Shown in pieces: positions 59,152-64,000 of a stretch of DNA of 64,000 bases. How positions within the stretch are numbered: the first letter of the stretch is position 1; each line of letters begins with the position of its first letter. The notes below the pieces were generated by a model. It did not search any database. It was not told the DNA's origin and saw nothing but the letters and a program-made list of their open reading frames with translations. The position numbers were made by a program, and so were the translations under genes. Origin of the DNA: an uncultured Bacteroidia bacterium (GTDB lineage Bacteria; Bacteroidota; Bacteroidia; Bacteroidales; F082); the NCBI GenBank assembly GCA_902794155.1, contig CADBGN010000007.1, forward strand, positions 19,182 through 83,181, written 5' to 3'.

Positions 59152-61467
59152 ATGAAATGGCTCGCAAGACATAAGAAAACAAAAATTGTATTCATGGTCC
59201 TTGCGGGCCTTTTCATTGCCTTTCTCTGCATCCCTGTGCCGCGATTCGACAAACCGTATTCGACGGTTTTGACGGCGAAAAACGGCGAGCTGCTCGGCGC
59301 GAAGATTGCCGACGACGGACAGTGGCGCTTCCCTGCTACCAACAACTATTCCCCGAAATATGTGGCCTGCCTGTTGGAATACGAAGACCGATGGTTTTTC
59401 TTCCATCCGGGATTCAACCCTGTGGCTTTCGTGAAGTCGTTCATCGACAATATGAAGGCAGGGGAGGTGGTGCGCGGCGGTAGCACTGTTTCCATGCAGG
59501 TGGTGCGCATGTCGCGCGATAACCCGCCACGTACCTACGCAGAGAAGCTCTGGGAGGTCATCTTGGCCATGCGGCTTGAATTGCATTACTCCAAGAGATC
59601 TATCCTTAATATGTATGCCGCCAACGCGCCCTTTGGGGGCAATGTAGTCGGCATCGATGCGGCGGCATGGCGGTATTTCCACACCACGCCCGATGAACTC
59701 TCCTGGGGCGAGGCGGCCACCCTCGCTGTGTTGCCCAACTCACCCGCGCTGATTCATCCTGGCCGCTCGCGCGACCGTCTGGAACAGAAACGCGACGAAC
59801 TGCTGCAACGCATGCCCAATGCCAAGGCTTACATTCCAAGGCGGTTCCACGCCCCCAAGCTCTCAGAGGAAGACGCCGAGCTGGCCATGATGGAGAGCAT
59901 CCCCGACAGGCCTTTCGACATGCCTATGATGGCCTACCATTACCTCAGCGACCAAGACAAACGGCATCATGGACAGCATATTTCTTCCACCCTTGACTAT
60001 AATATGCAGCAGTCAGTGATGGACATCATGCACCGCCACCACGAGGCCAATGTGATCAATAACATCGACAATGCCGCGGTTTATGTCGTGGATTATCTGA
60101 ACGACGAGATTGTGGCGTATGTGGGCAACAACAGCGATGCCGCCGATGCCGCCATGGTCGACATGGTGAAGGCGCAACGCTCCACAGGAAGCATCTTGAA
60201 GCCCTTCCTTTTTGCCGCCATGCTGGACGAGGGTACCTTGTTGCCCGAGATGGTCCTGCCCGATGTACCGATGAGCCTGGCGGGCTTCACACCAAAGAAC
60301 TACAGCGGCGAATACTGGGGTGCGGTGCCTGCAGACAAAGCCTTGCAGAACTCGCTCAATGCGCCTTTCGTGCATCTGCTGCGCGAATATGGCCAGCAGC
60401 GTTTTCATGGGTTGCTGAAGCAGTTGCCGCTCAAAGGCATCGTCTTCGAAGCGGAGCATTACGGGCTGTCGCTCATCGTGGGTGGCGGCGAGGCTTCGCT
60501 CTACGACATCACCAATGCCTACGCCAAGATGGGTCGCAAATTGGCGGTTCATGTGAATGAAAGCTACGACGCCAAGGTGGACGAGAAGGAGTCGCCCTTC
60601 TCGGCGGAAGCCATCGCCGAGACTTTCAATGTGATGAAGGGCTTGACTCGCCCCATGAGCCAGATAGGGTGGGGCAGTTTCTCTTCCTCGACGCAGGTGG
60701 CCTGGAAGACGGGCACCAGTTTTGGCTTCAAGGACGCTTGGGCGGTGGGCCTCACCGACCGTTATGTTGTAGGCGTTTGGGTGGGCAACTCCGATGGTGA
60801 GGGCCGTCCTGGAATTACGGGTGTAGGCGTAGCGGCTCCAGTTCTTTTTGATGTTGTGGGAAAGTTGAACGACAGCTACCGCTATCCCGCCAACACCTCG
60901 GAAAGCATTGAGATCGAGGTCTGCGCCGAGTCGGGCTATCCCAAGTCGGAGTACTGCAAGCACACTAAGAAGATCCGTGTGCCCAACGTGGAAAACCAGA
61001 CGGGTGTGTGCCCTTATCACAAGAAAGTGTTTTTGGATGAAACGCGGCAGTTCCAGGTGTTGCCCGATTGCTATCCCGTCGACCAGAAGTGCTATGAGGT
61101 GTATTATGTGTTGCCGCCCGTGATGGAGTGGTTCTACAAGAGGCACTCGCCTTTGTATCGTCCCATGCCTGCCTTCTATCCTGGCTGCGGCACTGCGCAT
61201 CCCGACGAGGTGATGGCCTTCGTCTACCCCAAGAGCGATGCCAAGGTGAGCATTCCCATCGGCATCCGAGGCGACCGCCAGCAGGTCATCTTTGAGATTG
61301 CCCACCGCAACCCGCAGAAGACCATCTATTGGAACCTCAACGATGAATTTTTAGGTGCCACTCGCCTCAACCACCAAATGCCCATTGACGTGGAGAAAGG
61401 CGTCTACCGCCTCCGTTGTGTCGACGAGGACGGGGTGGAGTTGAATAGAAGGATTGTGGTGCAATAA
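59152..61467 (+). CDS. pbpC: penicillin-binding protein 1C
   Basis: Glycosyltransferase motifs EDRWFFFHPGFNP and RGGSTVSMQ. Transpeptidase motifs STGSILKP, SLN and KTGTS. PBP1C-type C-terminal domain. Confidence 0.92.
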   Translation: MKWLARHKKTKIVFMVLAGLFIAFLCIPVPRFDKPYSTVLTAKNGELLGAKIADDGQWRFPATNNYSPKYVACLLEYEDRWFFFHPGFNPVAFVKSFIDNMKAGEVVRGGSTVSMQVVRMSRDNPPRTYAEKLWEVILAMRLELHYSKRSILNMYAANAPFGGNVVGIDAAAWRYFHTTPDELSWGEAATLAVLPNSPALIHPGRSRDRLEQKRDELLQRMPNAKAYIPRRFHAPKLSEEDAELAMMESIPDRPFDMPMMAYHYLSDQDKRHHGQHISSTLDYNMQQSVMDIMHRHHEANVINNIDNAAVYVVDYLNDEIVAYVGNNSDAADAAMVDMVKAQRSTGSILKPFLFAAMLDEGTLLPEMVLPDVPMSLAGFTPKNYSGEYWGAVPADKALQNSLNAPFVHLLREYGQQRFHGLLKQLPLKGIVFEAEHYGLSLIVGGGEASLYDITNAYAKMGRKLAVHVNESYDAKVDEKESPFSAEAIAETFNVMKGLTRPMSQIGWGSFSSSTQVAWKTGTSFGFKDAWAVGLTDRYVVGVWVGNSDGEGRPGITGVGVAAPVLFDVVGKLNDSYRYPANTSESIEIEVCAESGYPKSEYCKHTKKIRVPNVENQTGVCPYHKKVFLDETRQFQVLPDCYPVDQKCYEVYYVLPPVMEWFYKRHSPLYRPMPAFYPGCGTAHPDEVMAFVYPKSDAKVSIPIGIRGDRQQVIFEIAHRNPQKTIYWNLNDEFLGATRLNHQMPIDVEKGVYRLRCVDEDGVELNRRIVVQ

Positions 61468-61474
61468 ACCGGCC

Positions 61475-61494
61475 CTTCGACAGGCTCAGGGACC
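61475..61494. repeat. single copy of the cttcgacaggctcagggacc motif
   Basis: Matches both arms of the 36992-37051 hairpin. Lies between convergent pbpC and kdsC. Confidence 0.6.
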
Positions 61495-61500
61495 TCACAT

Positions 61501-62016
61501 TTACCAAGCATACGCCTCAGCCGTCATCCATTTTCCCTGCACTTTCAATACATGCTCAATCACGTCGCGCACAGCGCCTTTGCCGCCATTGCGCTCGCTG
61601 ATAAACTTGCTGATGGCCTTCACCTCGGGCGAGGCATCGGCAGGACAGGTTGGTAAGCCCACGCATTGCATCACGCGCAGGTCGGGGATGTCGTCGCCCA
61701 TGAAGATGATTTCCTCAGGCTTTAAACCCTTCTCCTGCATGTATTCCTTGAGCTTCAGCACTTTGTCGGGAATGCCGGTGAAAACGTCAGTCACGCCGAG
61801 GCTGTTCATGCGGACTTCCATCGAGGGACAGATAGCGCCCGAGATAACGGCCACATGATAGCCCAATTTGGAGGCCAGCTGCAAGGCATAGCCGTCTTTC
61901 ACGTTGGTGGCGCGCCAAGGGTGTCCGTCATGGTCACTGAAAACGGTTCCGTCGGTCATCACGCCGTCGTAGTCGAAGATGAAAGTGGTGATGGGGGAGA
62001 AGTCGATTTCGTTCAT
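61501..62016 (-). CDS. kdsC: 3-deoxy-D-manno-octulosonate 8-phosphate phosphatase (HAD-IIIA)
   Basis: FIFDYDGVMTDG and MGDDIPD motifs. Length about 170 aa. Confidence 0.9.
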   Translation of the reverse strand: MNEIDFSPITTFIFDYDGVMTDGTVFSDHDGHPWRATNVKDGYALQLASKLGYHVAVISGAICPSMEVRMNSLGVTDVFTGIPDKVLKLKEYMQEKGLKPEEIIFMGDDIPDLRVMQCVGLPTCPADASPEVKAISKFISERNGGKGAVRDVIEHVLKVQGKWMTAEAYAW

Positions 62017-62151
62017 GGATGCTCGTTTTATGCCCCAAAAATAGGGATTTTTTTGTAAAACGACTTACATTAAGTAAAAAAGAGTAATTTTGCACTCTTA
62101 AACAAGACGCGAGGCATCAAGTCCACGCCGTATTGCCTCATGGCGGAGGGA

Positions 62152-62241
62152 CCGTCATTCCGCGAAAGCGGAACGCCATCTCCCAATTGCGAAGACGTAT
62201 CCCTTTCGCTTGGGTGATTGCGGGTCAAGCCCGCAATGAGG
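62152..62241 (+). repeat. ~90-nt three-hairpin intergenic element, copy 2
   Basis: Hairpins ttccgc-gaaa-gcggaa, gcgaa/ttcgc and attgcggg/cccgcaat. Shares the CCGTCAT and ATCTCCC spacers with copy 1. Confidence 0.6.
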
Positions 62242-62298
62242 CCAAGAGGCGGGAGGTTCCCAGTCCCGAAGTCTCGCAGTCCCGAAGTCAAAAAGAAT

Positions 62299-62676
62299 AT
62301 GAGAATCAGACATCAAAACGATAACGTTGAAGAGATTGTGGCCGCCACGATAGAGGCCATGGAAGCCGTCAAAGGCAAGGACATCGTCACCCTCGACTTG
62401 AGGGAAATCACCACCGCCGTGACCGATTATTTCGTCATCTGCCACGCGCCGTCGAAGACTCAGGTCGATGCCATCGCCGACAAGGTGGAGGAGCTGGTGT
62501 TCGAAAAGACGCACAGCAAACCCTACCACGTGGAGGGTCGCGACAATACGGAATGGATTTTGATAGACTTCGTCGATGTCGTCGTTCATGTGTTCTTGGA
62601 ATCAGCCCGCGGCTATTACAAATTGGAGGAGCTATGGGCTGATGCCGAAAGAATCGTGAAAGAGGCAGAGGAGTAA
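62299..62676 (+). CDS. rsfS: ribosome silencing factor RsfS
   Basis: Iojap-like pattern ...DIVTLDL...TDYFVICH...DFVDVVVHVF. ATG at 62299. Confidence 0.92.
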   Translation: MRIRHQNDNVEEIVAATIEAMEAVKGKDIVTLDLREITTAVTDYFVICHAPSKTQVDAIADKVEELVFEKTHSKPYHVEGRDNTEWILIDFVDVVVHVFLESARGYYKLEELWADAERIVKEAEE

Positions 62677-62700
62677 TCTTTTCAAAATCAAAATTTTACA

Positions 62701-64000
62701 ATGGAGAATAACGAGAATAGAGGGCTCGGCAATAACCCGAACCACCCTAACCAACCGAATCAAAAACCCAACGGCAAAAGGCGGTTCAATTTGATGTGGA
62801 TATATGCCATTTTGGCAATCGTCCTCATCGGGGTGAATTTCTTTGGCAGGGGTTCACGTACACCACAAGAGGATATCGATCAGGGTAAGTTTATCGAACT
62901 GCTGGAGAAGCAACAGATACAGCGCATCGACTTGGTCAACAACAAGGAAGCTGAAGTGTATCTCAATCAGAAAGGCTTGTCGGAGTATTTCCCTGACGTG
63001 ACTCCCGACGCTGAGGGCACTACTACGACGCCGAGCTATACCTTCCGCATCGGCGACCTTGGCCGTTTCGAAGAGATGGTGGAGAACGTACAAAAGGAGA
63101 AAGAGATCAAAGAGCCGGTGTATATCAATAATGTGGAACGCAAGAGCTGGGTCTCCGACTTTTTGATTGGCTGGCTGCCTTTCATCATACTGATTGTGAT
63201 ATGGGTGGTCATCATGCGTGGCATGGGTCGCGGCATGGGTGGCGGAGGCGGCGCAGGCTCGATTTTCAACATCGGCAAGTCGCGCGCCCAACTCTATGAC
63301 AAGAATACCAGCGTCAATGTGACATTCAAGGACGTGGCGGGATTGGAAGAGGCTAAGGTGGAAATCATGGAGGTCGTCGACTTCCTGAAGAATCCTGAGA
63401 AATACACCAAATTGGGCGGCAAGATCCCGAAAGGCGTGTTGCTCGTAGGCCCTCCCGGAACGGGTAAGACCCTGCTGGCCAAGAGTGTGGCAGGCGAGGC
63501 CAATGTACCTTTCTTCAGCCTGTCGGGCTCCGACTTCGTGGAGATGTTTGTCGGTGTGGGTGCCTCGCGCGTCCGTGACTTGTTCAACAACGCCAAGCAA
63601 AAAGCCCCGTGCATCATCTTCATCGATGAGATCGACGCCATCGGTCGTGCCCGTGGCAAGAGTGCCATCACGGGCGGCAACGACGAACGTGAGAGCACCT
63701 TGAACCAATTGCTCACCGAGATGGACGGCTTCGGCACCAACTCAGGCGTCATCGTGTTGGCTGCCACCAACCGTGCCGACATCCTCGACAAGGCCCTGCT
63801 TCGTGCTGGCCGCTTCGACCGCCAGATTTACGTCGAGTTGCCCGACATCGTCGGTCGTAAGGAAATCTTTGAGGTGCACATGCGTGGCTTGAAGCTGGGC
63901 AACGATGTCGACAAGGATTTCTTGGCCAAGCAGACCCCGGGCTTCTCGGGTGCCGACATCGCCAATGTGTGTAACGAGGCCGCTCTGATGGCTGCCCGCA
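62701..64000 (+). CDS. ftsH: ATP-dependent zinc metalloprotease FtsH, N-terminal ~433 aa (3' end outside window)
   Basis: ATG at 62701 and the frame stays open to the window end. Two TM helices, Walker A GPPGTGKT, Walker [10 protein letters not shown] and the SRH region. Absent from the ORF track because no stop codon falls in the window. Confidence 0.96.
   Translation, partial: MENNENRGLGNNPNHPNQPNQKPNGKRRFNLMWIYAILAIVLIGVNFFGRGSRTPQEDIDQGKFIELLEKQQIQRIDLVNNKEAEVYLNQKGLSEYFPDVTPDAEGTTTTPSYTFRIGDLGRFEEMVENVQKEKEIKEPVYINNVERKSWVSDFLIGWLPFIILIVIWVVIMRGMGRGMGGGGGAGSIFNIGKSRAQLYDKNTSVNVTFKDVAGLEEAKVEIMEVVDFLKNPEKYTKLGGKIPKGVLLVGPPGTGKTLLAKSVAGEANVPFFSLSGSDFVEMFVGVGASRVRDLFNNAKQKAPCIIFIDEIDAIGRARGKSAITGGNDERESTLNQLLTEMDGFGTNSGVIVLAATNRADILDKALLRAGRFDRQIYVELPDIVGRKEIFEVHMRGLKLGNDVDKDFLAKQTPGFSGADIANVCNEAALMAAR

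Noticed and set aside
62854-63791. Minus-strand ORFs of 284 and 165 aa
   Set aside because: They are antisense to ftsH, whose AAA and TM motifs are unambiguous.

Overview
This is a chromosomal window from a Bacteroidota genome, probably Bacteroidales or Prevotella-like. I infer that from gene content and synteny (DUF6089-uppS-bamA-ompH-ompH, a serine-palmitoyltransferase-like gene, many lipoproteins) and from TAnnTTTG -7 promoter boxes just upstream of many start codons. The region from 26.5 to 64 kb is mostly housekeeping. It holds a transglutaminase-like lipoprotein, an ATP-grasp enzyme, purA, fur, relA/spoT, lepA, dprA, rsgA, nadK, uppS, bamA, two ompH/skp genes, VOC, SDR, an SPT-like gene, MarR, a VTC/DUF4956/DUF2490 trio, a thioester alpha-2-macroglobulin with pbpC, kdsC, rsfS and ftsH (3' truncated). 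infB (5' truncated) sits at the left edge. Between infB and about 26.5 kb lies accessory DNA. Its core (3.8-21.7 kb) is a mosaic island. The island is punctuated by DUF4143-type AAA ATPase genes (two intact, one clear remnant, one possible remnant), 33-bp periodic arrays, a duplicated ~325-nt noncoding leader, a 73-nt poly(T) tract and scattered fragments of a small coiled-coil gene. The two leader copies precede two unrelated operons. The larger operon (13.3-21.2 kb) contains two diverged tandem copies of a block made of a small two-module protein, a KAP P-loop NTPase and a small membrane protein. Each block is preceded by a different nuclease, one PD-(D/E)xK-like and one GIY-YIG. This KAP-NTPase/nuclease cassette with its portable leader is my best candidate for an undescribed, defence-like system. 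I recognised no rRNA, tRNA, CRISPR array, integrase or transposase. Several families of intergenic hairpin repeats are present. All calls come from reading the sequence and the ORF track; no database search was run.
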